Source: Candidatus Hydrothermus pacificus
Lineage (GTDB): Bacteria > Hydrothermota > Hydrothermia > Hydrothermales > Hydrothermaceae
Assembly (NCBI GenBank): GCA_002011615.1
Contig: MTOH01000001.1
Span: 134,549-198,548, forward strand
Length of the DNA stretch: 64,000 nucleotides
Direction of reading: 5' to 3'
Made by a program: the position numbers and the translations under genes. The notes beneath the pieces are model-generated. The model was not told where the DNA came from and ran no database searches. It saw only the letters and a list, made by a program, of their open reading frames with translations. Positions 10,901 through 18,747 of this stretch are shown here, piece by piece (within the stretch, counting starts at the first letter, position 1; every line of letters starts with the position of its first letter).

Positions 10901-11969
10901 CTCTTGGCCAGTACTGAGGGTCATTCCAGGGAGGTTGATCAGGAGCAGGTCCTCTTGAGGAAAAACTTGCTATGTCATCAAGGGAATCTGTAGCACCAAC
11001 ACCTATAACAATGGGAAAACTTCCAGGATTTCTTAAAGTGGATGGATTTGGACCTTCATTTCCAGCGGCAAAAACAGGTATTATGTCAAGTGACCTCCAG
11101 GTCATACAGGGGTCCCAATAGGTTGTATCATTCGCAGAACTACCCCATGAATTTGAAACAAGTTTCACATCGACACCAGAATCTGCCTTTATGCTTGCAA
11201 ACCACTGAAAACATGCTCTGATCCAGGGATCCTGACCCGAACCATTCTGGTCAAAGGCTTTTGCAGAACAAAAATTAGCACCGTATGCCACACCTATGTC
11301 TTCACCAAAAGGTCCTGGACCATCACCACCAAGTATTGTCCCTGTCACATGAGTCCCATGTCCATGGTCATCATAAGGATTTGACTGTCCCTGAACACCA
11401 TCAAACCAGTAACCATTCCATTTCCCCTGCAATGCAGGATGGTTCACATCACAGCCGGTATCCATTATTCCAACTATAACACCCTGCCCTGTGATTCCAA
11501 GATTTAACCATACCGAATCCGCCCATATTTTTCTAACTCCCCATGCAACAGCTCTGAGAACATCAGGATTAACAGGTCTTATATCTCCTATTATGTGATA
11601 CGTTTTTGATATGTCCATCCACCTCACCTCTTTTCTTTTTGCTATTTCCCTGATAATATTCTTTGTAGCTTTAAGGTATATTGTGTTATCAACCCAGAAG
11701 CTTCTGAATTCTGCCACTTCAGATTTGGATTTTGTCTTTAAGAAATCTATTATTCCTTTCTGGGTTTCCCTTGCAACTTTTCTTAATAGTTCCACCTTTT
11801 CCTTGTATTTACCTTTACCCAATTTCATTAAATCAGGATATCCATTTACATGTATAATTACCTCTATAAGTTCTCTGTCCCGGGCGCTATTGAGTCTCTC
11901 TCTGAGTTCCTTTGTTATACCACCAAATAAAAAACTCACCCCTATTATTGTTATAAAAAAGTACCTCAT
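7965..11969 (-). CDS. Subtilisin-like S8 serine peptidase, multidomain, with T9SS C-terminal sorting domain
   Basis: Signal peptide. Catalytic triad motifs GIMDTGCD (Asp), HGHGTHVTG (His), GTSMATPHVSG (Ser). About 800 aa of beta-rich unknown domains. C-terminus FPNYPNPFKNKTTFAFSIP…VFDITGREV…GTYIYHL matches the Por/T9SS type-A CTD consensus. Confidence 0.9.
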   Translation of the reverse strand: MRYFFITIIGVSFLFGGITKELRERLNSARDRELIEVIIHVNGYPDLMKLGKGKYKEKVELLRKVARETQKGIIDFLKTKSKSEVAEFRSFWVDNTIYLKATKNIIREIAKRKEVRWMDISKTYHIIGDIRPVNPDVLRAVAWGVRKIWADSVWLNLGITGQGVIVGIMDTGCDVNHPALQGKWNGYWFDGVQGQSNPYDDHGHGTHVTGTILGGDGPGPFGEDIGVAYGANFCSAKAFDQNGSGQDPWIRACFQWFASIKADSGVDVKLVSNSWGSSANDTTYWDPCMTWRSLDIIPVFAAGNEGPNPSTLRNPGSFPIVIGVGATDSLDDIASFSSRGPAPDQPPWNDPQYWPRDDWNLIKPNISAPGVDVYSSMPGGSYGLMSGTSMATPHVSGVLALMFEKNPSLDFYSVYSIILDNADLPPQGAPYPNNDYGWGRINAYHAVIGTPPQAEHNIGAITFLSPSSDIIEQYTYLYPVVRFRNWGQHKEYNIYVHCDVYENGTPIFSNSTNVDSLDVNEYVDISFDSVLVGAVGNRYDLVAYCVHNLDTIPDDDTTRTTTWAAHYYKIIEPGCNAWKLPNTDTTNFPPPGDPSWIPATPEELDSIAYIDQTYWVTSGATDTAFQDLQLYGFNIVEPETLITKFRINWIGHFGGVHNRVQMRLWNTGSNSYVMKSFQQQFTGDATLSTVLDDSAQTYIDGNGYVYINTAANTYVKSSCPLVFTWDGEKYNYAGDIILGGVIGLSFKNILGQNLYLPSDPDEYMLLDKNRIKEVDGKIRININEMQQEITYLDYVSLIAFDHPEDIPVYPMEAYKLPPYKGLNLIASAREIEFSITDEKGGNLSKYVSEVDKSYVPFKRSRIKGLAKTPYSMIIEIKEDVKPENTYLFIHGTGVFIESGEVWPESDRLRAEKAELEVKFPDVEVWNGKKWVKLESCGLPAGYSKTVVYPLKRALEIGNKIKITYTTEVYIDKIWVSESKNLDLKTFTLRPSKAHLHYYGVSKYVADDDRLPGEYNYKDRMNWEFVIAEGNYTTYGDVLDLLEKVDDRFVIMKTGDEVSFEFNLTDLPDLPEGYTRDYILYVNGFYKPIRPGIAYAYTVEPLPHHKMGEKIVGEGLVYYPVNPAPTPLHAIIFRIYSSLKYGYSFSFKDAISLLSSYFDNYTLKPYTPDREYLARNERHLGHYYPPTYADLPPHANYERVPLFDEPASQYAELPDNSLHSDFVEVIVVTSVPWIGVAEKGGISTSLRLFPNYPNPFKNKTTFAFSIPHKGRVTLKVFDITGREVNTVLNKVLEPGLHRIQWNAKDKYEKVLKPGTYIYHLKFEKKNLRGKFILMK

Positions 11970-12039
11970 AAAACCCCCTTTTTTAGGCTAGTAGGCTAGT
12001 CAGAAATCATTATATAGGTAAAAAACCCTGAATGTCAAG

Positions 12040-12069
12040 TTGAAAATTTAAAAATTAAGGTGTTATAAT
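12040..12069 (+). promoter_or_regulatory. Putative sigma-70 promoter for rmuC (TTGAAA-17nt-TTATAAT)
   Basis: TTGAAA at 12040-12045 and TATAAT-like TTATAAT at 12063-12069 with a 17-nt spacer, ~10 nt upstream of the rmuC ATG region. Confidence 0.45.
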
Positions 12070-12077
12070 TAAGTTCA

Positions 12078-13133
12078 ATGAGCATATATCTCCTTACAAT
12101 TTTAATCATCCTGATTTCCGGGTTTCTGGGAATAATAATTTATCTTTTAATTTCAAAAAAAGGAGAAAAAGAAACCCTTATCCACCAGCAGATAGAATCT
12201 TTAAGAAAAAGCCTTACAGATGCAGTTTTTGAACTCACAAAAACAACAAATGACCAGATAAAATTTATGCAGGAAAGGATTGACTTCTTACAGAAAAATG
12301 TTGGACAAAGGCTTGATAATGCTGCAAGAACCATAGGAGATGTTCAAAAGTCATTAGGAGCCCTTGAAAAGGTTACTGAAGAAATAAAAGATATAAGCAA
12401 GGATATATCTTCGCTTCAGGACATATTAAAACCCCCAAAATTAAGGGGTGCACTGGGTGAAACACTTTTAGCAGAGATACTTGAACAGATACTTCCAAAA
12501 GAATATTTCCGACTTCAGTATAATTTCAGAACAGGAGAAAAAGTTGATGCTGTGATAGTCCTAAAAAATGGAATCTTACCAATAGATGCAAAATTTCCTC
12601 TTGAAAACTTCTTAAATTTCATGAATGCAGATAAAAAGGAAAAAGAAAAGTTCAAAAAAGAATTCACAAGAGATGTAAAAAAACATATTGATGACATCTC
12701 AAGGAAATACATAAGACCTTCGGAAAATACCCTTGATTTTGCCATGATGTATATACCTGCTGAAAATATTTACTACGAAGTAATATTAAAAGAGGATAAA
12801 GCAGGAGAAAATCTCATCTCCTATGCTCTATCCAGAAAGGTAATTCCTGTATCGCCAAATTCCCTCTATGCTTATCTTCAGGCAATATTAATGGGACTTC
12901 AGGGTATGGAAATAGAAAAAAAGGCAAAAAGTATCCTGGTATTTTTGCAGGAGTTAAGGAAAAACTTTGTTCAATTCTCAAAAGATTTTGAAACCCTGGG
13001 AAACCATTTGAGAAATGCAAGAAATAAGTACGAAGACATAAGAAAAAATATAGAAAAGATAAGCTTTAAATTGAACGGAATTTCAAAAGGAGAAATTTCA
13101 GAACAGGATAAAAAAGAACTACCCTTATTTTAA
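12078..13133 (+). CDS. rmuC: DNA recombination protein RmuC
   Basis: N-terminal TM helix. Long coiled-coil. Conserved LRGALGETLLAEILEQILP and C-terminal RmuC-type nuclease-like region; 351 aa. Confidence 0.85.
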   Translation: MSIYLLTILIILISGFLGIIIYLLISKKGEKETLIHQQIESLRKSLTDAVFELTKTTNDQIKFMQERIDFLQKNVGQRLDNAARTIGDVQKSLGALEKVTEEIKDISKDISSLQDILKPPKLRGALGETLLAEILEQILPKEYFRLQYNFRTGEKVDAVIVLKNGILPIDAKFPLENFLNFMNADKKEKEKFKKEFTRDVKKHIDDISRKYIRPSENTLDFAMMYIPAENIYYEVILKEDKAGENLISYALSRKVIPVSPNSLYAYLQAILMGLQGMEIEKKAKSILVFLQELRKNFVQFSKDFETLGNHLRNARNKYEDIRKNIEKISFKLNGISKGEISEQDKKELPLF

Positions 13134-13966
13134 TGAGATACCTCTATCTTTTTTTTGCATCATTCTTATGGTCAACATCATTTCCTGTTGTAAAATGGGG
13201 ACTTTCCTATATAGACCCTTTGCCATTTGTTTTTTTCAGATTTTTGCTCGCCCTTTTATTTTATCTTCCTTTTATAAAAATAAGAAACTTAAAAAAAATC
13301 TTTAACAGAGATTTTATCCTGGTGGGTATTTTTTCTGCAGGAGGTTATGTTTTTCAGTTTACAGGACAAAAATACACTCTGGCAGGCAGGGCAAGCCTCT
13401 TCATAAACATGTATGTTTTGTGGATACCTTTTTTGCTTTATTTTTTAAAAAAACAGAAGTTTAAAAAAACTGGCATTCTGGCTTTGATTCTCTCACTTGC
13501 GGGTCTTTTCTTTTTATTCTACAGAAATTTCGGAACATTTGAGATAAATTATTTAAAAGGAGATTTTTTAACATTGCTTTCCTCTTTTTCCTGGACATTC
13601 TACATAATATTTGCCAAAAAACTACTTGAGAAAATCAATCCTCTTGAATTTTCAGCAATTGTGATTTTTTTAACAACAATCTTTCTTTTCCCCTTCCTAT
13701 TTATAGATTTTAAACTCCCTCATAATTTTCAGGGATATTACGGGGTCTTTCATCTTGCTTTTTTCTGCACATTCCTGGCCTATTTTCTTTATCATCTCGG
13801 TTTATCAAAAACACATGAATTCACTTCTTCACTTTTCCTTTTACTTGAAGTCCTATTTGCAGTAATACTTTCTTTTATTTTTCTCAATGAAAAATTTACA
13901 GTAATCCAGATAACAGGAAGCATTTTGATTTTATCAGGAATATTTCTGGGAGCAAAAGAGGATTGA
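13133..13966 (+). CDS. DMT-superfamily (EamA-type) transporter
   Basis: About 10 TM helices with two EamA-like halves (FPVVKWGLSYIDPL…; …LNEKFTVIQITGSILILSGIFL). Confidence 0.75.
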   Translation: MRYLYLFFASFLWSTSFPVVKWGLSYIDPLPFVFFRFLLALLFYLPFIKIRNLKKIFNRDFILVGIFSAGGYVFQFTGQKYTLAGRASLFINMYVLWIPFLLYFLKKQKFKKTGILALILSLAGLFFLFYRNFGTFEINYLKGDFLTLLSSFSWTFYIIFAKKLLEKINPLEFSAIVIFLTTIFLFPFLFIDFKLPHNFQGYYGVFHLAFFCTFLAYFLYHLGLSKTHEFTSSLFLLLEVLFAVILSFIFLNEKFTVIQITGSILILSGIFLGAKED

Positions 13967-14041
13967 AAAATGTTTTTCTCTCTTTATATAATTAATAACT
14001 ATTAACCATTTGCCATATGTCATTTGCCATACGCCATAATT

Positions 14042-14133
14042 GGAGAGGTGCCCGAGCCTGGCCGAAGGGGCACGATTGGAAATCGTGCGTTCTGATAACC
14101 TCGGAACCGTGGGTTCGAATCCCACCCTCTCCG
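14042..14133 (+). tRNA. tRNA-Ser (anticodon GGA), type II with long variable arm, no encoded CCA
   Basis: Acceptor GGAGAGG/CCTCTCC. Anticodon stem CACGA/TCGTG with loop TTGGAAA, giving anticodon GGA. Long variable arm GTTC…GAAC. T-arm GTGGGTTCGAATCCCAC. Discriminator G. Confidence 0.85.
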
Positions 14134-14136
14134 TTA

Positions 14137-14151
14137 AGCTCCTTCGGAGCT
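14137..14151 (+). terminator. Hairpin AGCTCCTTCGGAGCT immediately 3' of tRNA-Ser
   Basis: Perfect 6-bp stem with TTCG tetraloop directly after the tRNA; likely processing signal or terminator. Confidence 0.45.
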
Positions 14152-14240
14152 TGGCTTATAGCTTATGGTTGATGGCTTATAGCGGATAGCTTATGGTAAA
14201 AGTCCCTGCGGGACTTGGCTTATGGCGTATAGCTTATGGA
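14152..14240. repeat. Three degenerate direct copies of a GGCTTAT(A/G)GC(N)TATAGCTTATGG unit with an embedded GTCCCTGCGGGAC hairpin
   Basis: Read directly: GGCTTATAGCTTATGG / GGCTTATAGCGGATAGCTTATGG / GGCTTATGGCGTATAGCTTATGG. Hairpin at 14202-14214 followed by T-run on the minus strand, a plausible terminator for polX. Confidence 0.5.
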
Positions 14241-14292
14241 GAAAAAATAAATAACTTTTTACTTTTCAGCTGTAGTTTTTACTTTTTAGATT

Positions 14293-16005
14293 TTACTTTT
14301 GACTTTTCAGAAATTTCAAAACTTGTTTATATCCCATCGTATTTATAACATCTTTTTTCTCAAGCCAGCCTCTTCTTGCCATACCGATGCCCAGCTTTAT
14401 CATCCATAGCTGTCCTGTATGATGAGCATCGGTTCCTATATAGAATTTTGCTCCTTTTTCTTTTGCCCTTCTCAAATAGACATCGTATAAGTCAAGCCTT
14501 TCATAATAGGCATTTAGCTCAATTAATTTGTTTTCCTGAACCACTTTATCTATAACAGCTTCAATATCAAGAGTATAACCTTCTCTCTGACCCAAAAGCC
14601 TTCCTGTTGGATGAGATAGTCCATGAACATAGGGGTTTTCAAGTGCCTTTAAAATTCTTTCTGTATTATCTTTTTTAAACCCTGTATGGACAGATGCAAC
14701 GACAAAATCTATTTCCTTTAAAATTTCATCAGGGTAATCAAGCGAGCCATCAGGCAAAATATCAACTTCTGCGCCCATTATAAGGTAGCATCCTGTTCTC
14801 TTTGCATTCACCTTTTTAATTTCATCCATCTTCTTTTTAAGTTCATCCAGGTCAAGACCACCAGCATATTTTGCTCCCTGTGAATGGTCACACACCGCTA
14901 TGTACTCATAACCCATTTTCCTGCCCTGGATTGCAAGCTCTTCAAGGGTTGCGGAACCATCCGAATATTTTGAGTGAACATGTAAATCTCCTTTTAAATC
15001 ATCATAATCTACCAGGTCAGGTAATTTACCTTCAAGGGCAAGTTCTATTTCACCTGTATCCTCTCTCATCTCAGGAGGTATCCAGATAAGACCTATGCTT
15101 TTATAAACTTCTTCTTCTGTTTCACCGGCAATCTTTTTATCTTTTTTAAAAACTCCGTATTCGCTTATCTTCAATCCTTTTTGTTTTGCTATGCCTCTTA
15201 AATGGACATTATGTGCCTTTGAGCCGGTAAAATATTGAAGTGCTGAACCAAAAGACTCAGGAGGTAATGCCCTCAAATCAACCTGAATATCTCCCTCAAA
15301 TATACAGGAACCTTTTGTTTCTCCTTGAGCAAGCACTCTTTCCACCCCTTTAAGGGAACAGAAAACATCAATTGCCTTCTTTGTTTCTTTTGTCGCAACA
15401 AGTATATCAACATCACCAACTGTTTCTTTCATTCTTCTGTAAGAACCTGCAGGAACAGCATCCATTATTTTCTTATGACCTCTAAGTTCCTGTATTATAT
15501 CTTCTACAACAGGGTAAATCTCACCAAGCAAAAACCTTTCCTTACCCTTTTGCCACAGTTCTATCCCCTTTATGATATTATCAACTTTTTTCTGTCCCAT
15601 TCCGGGAAGCTTCGCAAGAGAACCATCTTTTAGCACCTTTTTCAAGTCTTTGAGGTTTTTAACACCCAGTTTTTGATAGGCAACAGCAATTGTTCTCGGT
15701 CCAAGAGAAGGCACAGATAAAAGAGGAATAATACCTTCAGGTATCTTAGAGAACACCTCTTCTGCCTTTTTTATACTGCCCGTTTCTATGTATTCCTGAA
15801 TCTTTTTACTTATACCCTCTCCTATACCCGGGATATCTTTTAATTTACCCTCTTTATAAATTTTTCTCAAATCTTCGGGAATATCACTTATAACCCTTGC
15901 AGCTTTTCTGTATGCAATAATTTTGAATTGATTCTCTCCGATTATTTCAAGGGCGTCTGCCATTTTAAAGAATATATCAGCAATTTCTTTATTTAACTTG
16001 CTCAT
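14293..16005 (-). CDS. polX: DNA polymerase X family protein with C-terminal PHP phosphoesterase domain
   Basis: N-terminal HhH lyase-like region (…IPGIGEGISKKI…). Pol beta-like nucleotidyltransferase. C-terminal PHP motif GDLHVHSKYSDGS…CDHSQG. ~570 aa. Confidence 0.85.
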   Translation of the reverse strand: MSKLNKEIADIFFKMADALEIIGENQFKIIAYRKAARVISDIPEDLRKIYKEGKLKDIPGIGEGISKKIQEYIETGSIKKAEEVFSKIPEGIIPLLSVPSLGPRTIAVAYQKLGVKNLKDLKKVLKDGSLAKLPGMGQKKVDNIIKGIELWQKGKERFLLGEIYPVVEDIIQELRGHKKIMDAVPAGSYRRMKETVGDVDILVATKETKKAIDVFCSLKGVERVLAQGETKGSCIFEGDIQVDLRALPPESFGSALQYFTGSKAHNVHLRGIAKQKGLKISEYGVFKKDKKIAGETEEEVYKSIGLIWIPPEMREDTGEIELALEGKLPDLVDYDDLKGDLHVHSKYSDGSATLEELAIQGRKMGYEYIAVCDHSQGAKYAGGLDLDELKKKMDEIKKVNAKRTGCYLIMGAEVDILPDGSLDYPDEILKEIDFVVASVHTGFKKDNTERILKALENPYVHGLSHPTGRLLGQREGYTLDIEAVIDKVVQENKLIELNAYYERLDLYDVYLRRAKEKGAKFYIGTDAHHTGQLWMIKLGIGMARRGWLEKKDVINTMGYKQVLKFLKSQK

Positions 16006-17290
16006 CCTTCTCATACTTCCTTAGCTTTCTGTAGAGAGTGGACGGATGAATCCCGAGTTTTTCCGCAGCCTTTTTTATATCACCCTCACACTCTTTAACC
16101 ACTTTTTTTAAGAATTCGTGCTCCATCCTTTTTAAATCTTCACTTTCGCTTTCCATTTTTATCTCTTCGGGTATTATATTTTCGTTAATAATTCCATCTT
16201 CTGAGAGAATAGCAAGTCTTTCAAGAAGGTTTTCAAGCTCTCTGACATTACCGGGCCATCTGTAATTTTTTAAAACATTCATTGCTTCAGGGGTTATCTT
16301 CAATTCTTTTGCCATTTTTCTTGAATAAAGTTTAAGAAAATGTTTGACAAGTATATCTATGTCATTCTTTCTTTCTCTTAAAGGCGGGATATAAATCGGG
16401 AATACATTTAATCTGTAATACAGGTCCTCTCTGAACTTACCTTCATTAACAAATTTTTTCAAATCTTTATTTGTTGCAGAAATTATTCTAACATTAACTT
16501 TTTCTTCTTTTACACCTCCAAGAGGGATAAAGGAATGGGTCTCTATAACTCTTAAAAGTTTGGATTGGAGGGCAAAGGGCATATCAGCTATTTCATCAAG
16601 GAAAAGAGTTCCATTATGGGCTGCACTTAAAAGTCCTTTTTTGGTCTCATATGCACCTGTAAAAGCGCCTTTTTTATAACCAAATAGCTCTGATTCAAGA
16701 AGAGTCTCGGGTATTGCTGCACAGTTAATTGTTATAAAAGGCTCTTTTTTTCTTCTGGAAAGATTATGTATGAGTCTTGCAACTACCTCCTTGCCAACAC
16801 CGCTCTCCCCTGAAATAAGAACAGTTGAATCATGCTGTGCTGCCTTGTATATAAGAGATTTGATTTCTTTTATTTCAGTGCTTTCGCCAACAAAAGTATC
16901 TTCCAGTGACACTTCTTTAAAAGGTATTTTCTTTTCCAGAGCTTTCTCAATTCTAAATATTAACTCATTTTCTTTGAAAGGCTTTAATATAAAATCGTTT
17001 ACACCTTTTCTGAAAGCCTCTATTGCCAGTTCAAGAGTCCCGTAAGCGGTTATAAATATAAAGGGGACATCAGGATATTTGTTTTTAACCTTTTCAAGAA
17101 CATAAAACCCATCCCGCTCTGGCATTCTTATATCACACACAACACAATCATAATATTTTTTACCAATAAATTTATTTATCTCTACAGGGTTCTGTAATGT
17201 ATCAACATCATAGTATTCTTCAAGGGCTATTCGCAACCACTCAAGCACCCCTTTTTCATCATCTATTATCAGTACCCTGGCCTTTTTCAT
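15989..17290 (-). CDS. Sigma-54-dependent response regulator (NtrC/PilR-like)
   Basis: REC domain (LIIDDE…D54-like…). AAA+ sigma-54 activator motifs GESGVGKE and GAFTGA. C-terminal Fis-type HTH. Confidence 0.9.
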   Translation of the reverse strand: MKKARVLIIDDEKGVLEWLRIALEEYYDVDTLQNPVEINKFIGKKYYDCVVCDIRMPERDGFYVLEKVKNKYPDVPFIFITAYGTLELAIEAFRKGVNDFILKPFKENELIFRIEKALEKKIPFKEVSLEDTFVGESTEIKEIKSLIYKAAQHDSTVLISGESGVGKEVVARLIHNLSRRKKEPFITINCAAIPETLLESELFGYKKGAFTGAYETKKGLLSAAHNGTLFLDEIADMPFALQSKLLRVIETHSFIPLGGVKEEKVNVRIISATNKDLKKFVNEGKFREDLYYRLNVFPIYIPPLRERKNDIDILVKHFLKLYSRKMAKELKITPEAMNVLKNYRWPGNVRELENLLERLAILSEDGIINENIIPEEIKMESESEDLKRMEHEFLKKVVKECEGDIKKAAEKLGIHPSTLYRKLRKYEKDEQVK

Positions 17291-18747
17291 AGTTTTGGAA
17301 AAGAAACAGAGATTTTGGTTCCCTTACCTTCTTTTGATTCAATATTTATTTTTGCAAAGTGTGATTCTGCAATCCTTTTAACAAGAGCAAGCCCCATTCC
17401 CACCCCACCCTTTTTAGTGCTGAAAAAAGGGCTCCATATTTTATCACCTATACTTGCTGGTATACCCTTGCCTTTATCACAAACTTCCAGAATAAAATTG
17501 TTCCTTTGAAATATGAGATTAACCTCAACAGGGTCTTTTCCATCAGTGGCTTCAAAGGCATTTTCCATAATGTTTTTGAAAAGCATAAGAAAAAGCTCCG
17601 GGTCAAGTTTAAAGTCAGATGAGGCTCCCTGAGTGTTTATATTTAATCTTCTGCCTTTTTTCATCCATCCATCAGCCTGGGCTTTAACAACTATTTCTGG
17701 ATTCACTTCTTCAAAAACAGGTCTTCTTAATTTGGCATATCTTATAAAAGTATCTATTATCCTTTCCATTCTGTTCGCTTCTTCTGTTATAAGCTTCAGT
17801 AATTTTTCTTTCTTCTCCTTTTCTTTAACCCTTTTAAATGTTTCCACACATCCAAGAAGAGCAGAGAGAGGGTTTCTTATCTCATGAGCAAGTCCTGAGC
17901 TGATTTCTCCCACAAATGCGATCTTCTCTTTAATTTTAAGTTCTTCCTCTCTTTTTCTTTCTTCAGTTATATCTCTCAATGAAAACATGATTAAATTCCC
18001 GTTTCTTAATTCAGTTATACTCGCCTTATAAGTTTTTCCATCAATCTCTATCTCTTCTCTGTCTTTTAAAACATCCAGGTCAATTAAAACTGTTGAATCA
18101 TTTCTGTAAACTATATTTTTATTCTTATCTATAATAAATATTTTTTCTGGCAGGCTTTCAATTATCTCCTGGGTGGTAACCTTCATAATATCCACTTTTT
18201 CAGTTTCCTTTTTTAATCTTCTAACAAGGTAGGAAGAAAGTAAAAACACTATATAGAAAGAGAAATTGTGAATATAACCTTTATAGAAAATTGATTGAGC
18301 ATTTATATTCTCTGAGATAGAATAGGGAATATATCCTATAAAATGGAATATTAAAATTCCGGTATAAAAAAGAGAGATGGCAGCTGTTATTAAAAAACCC
18401 CCTCTTATTCCTGTCAGGATGGTAGATAGAATCAGAGGTATAAAATAGAGGATTGAGAATACACTATCATATCCTCCTGTAAAGTATATTATTGCTGTCA
18501 CAATTGAAAGGTCTCCGAGAAGTTGAAGATACCATAAGGGTTTACCCACAGAGGTGGAAACAAAAAAGAAAAAAGAAAGCAGGAAACTTGATATAATTAT
18601 CCATAGAAGGGGGAGTATGTTGACACCTATCATTCTGTATAATGAAATACCCACTCCCAGAATGAGAAGAACTACCAATGGTCTTGAAAAAATGAGTATA
18701 TAAGCTAATCTTGGCTCCCCTTGCTTCTTTTTCACATTAGTGGCCAA
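17287..18747 (-). CDS. Sensor histidine kinase with ~6 N-terminal TM helices (PilS-like architecture)
   Basis: Six hydrophobic helices in the first ~170 aa. PAS-like region. H-box HEIRNPLSAL. HATPase G-boxes (GKGIP…GGVGMGLAL). Confidence 0.85.
   Translation of the reverse strand: MATNVKKKQGEPRLAYILIFSRPLVVLLILGVGISLYRMIGVNILPLLWIIISSFLLSFFFFVSTSVGKPLWYLQLLGDLSIVTAIIYFTGGYDSVFSILYFIPLILSTILTGIRGGFLITAAISLFYTGILIFHFIGYIPYSISENINAQSIFYKGYIHNFSFYIVFLLSSYLVRRLKKETEKVDIMKVTTQEIIESLPEKIFIIDKNKNIVYRNDSTVLIDLDVLKDREEIEIDGKTYKASITELRNGNLIMFSLRDITEERKREEELKIKEKIAFVGEISSGLAHEIRNPLSALLGCVETFKRVKEKEKKEKLLKLITEEANRMERIIDTFIRYAKLRRPVFEEVNPEIVVKAQADGWMKKGRRLNINTQGASSDFKLDPELFLMLFKNIMENAFEATDGKDPVEVNLIFQRNNFILEVCDKGKGIPASIGDKIWSPFFSTKKGGVGMGLALVKRIAESHFAKINIESKEGKGTKISVSFPKL

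Noticed and set aside
8351-11479. Series of 60-133-aa plus-strand ORFs (for example 9564..9965, 10479..10784)
   Set aside because: All are antisense inside the 4-kb S8 peptidase gene. Their low-complexity translations are typical shadow ORFs.
11985-12000. Tandem TAGGCTAG-TAGGCTAG motif in the S8/rmuC divergent promoter region
   Set aside because: It is too short to interpret. It may be an operator, but there is no adjacent regulator gene and a single occurrence.
13934-14125. 63-aa minus-strand ORF
   Set aside because: It overlaps tRNA-Ser almost entirely and is an artefact of the tRNA sequence.
14152-14290. Possible CRISPR array
   Set aside because: The repeats are 16-23 nt, degenerate, only three copies with 4-5-nt spacers, and no cas genes are present, so this is not a CRISPR.
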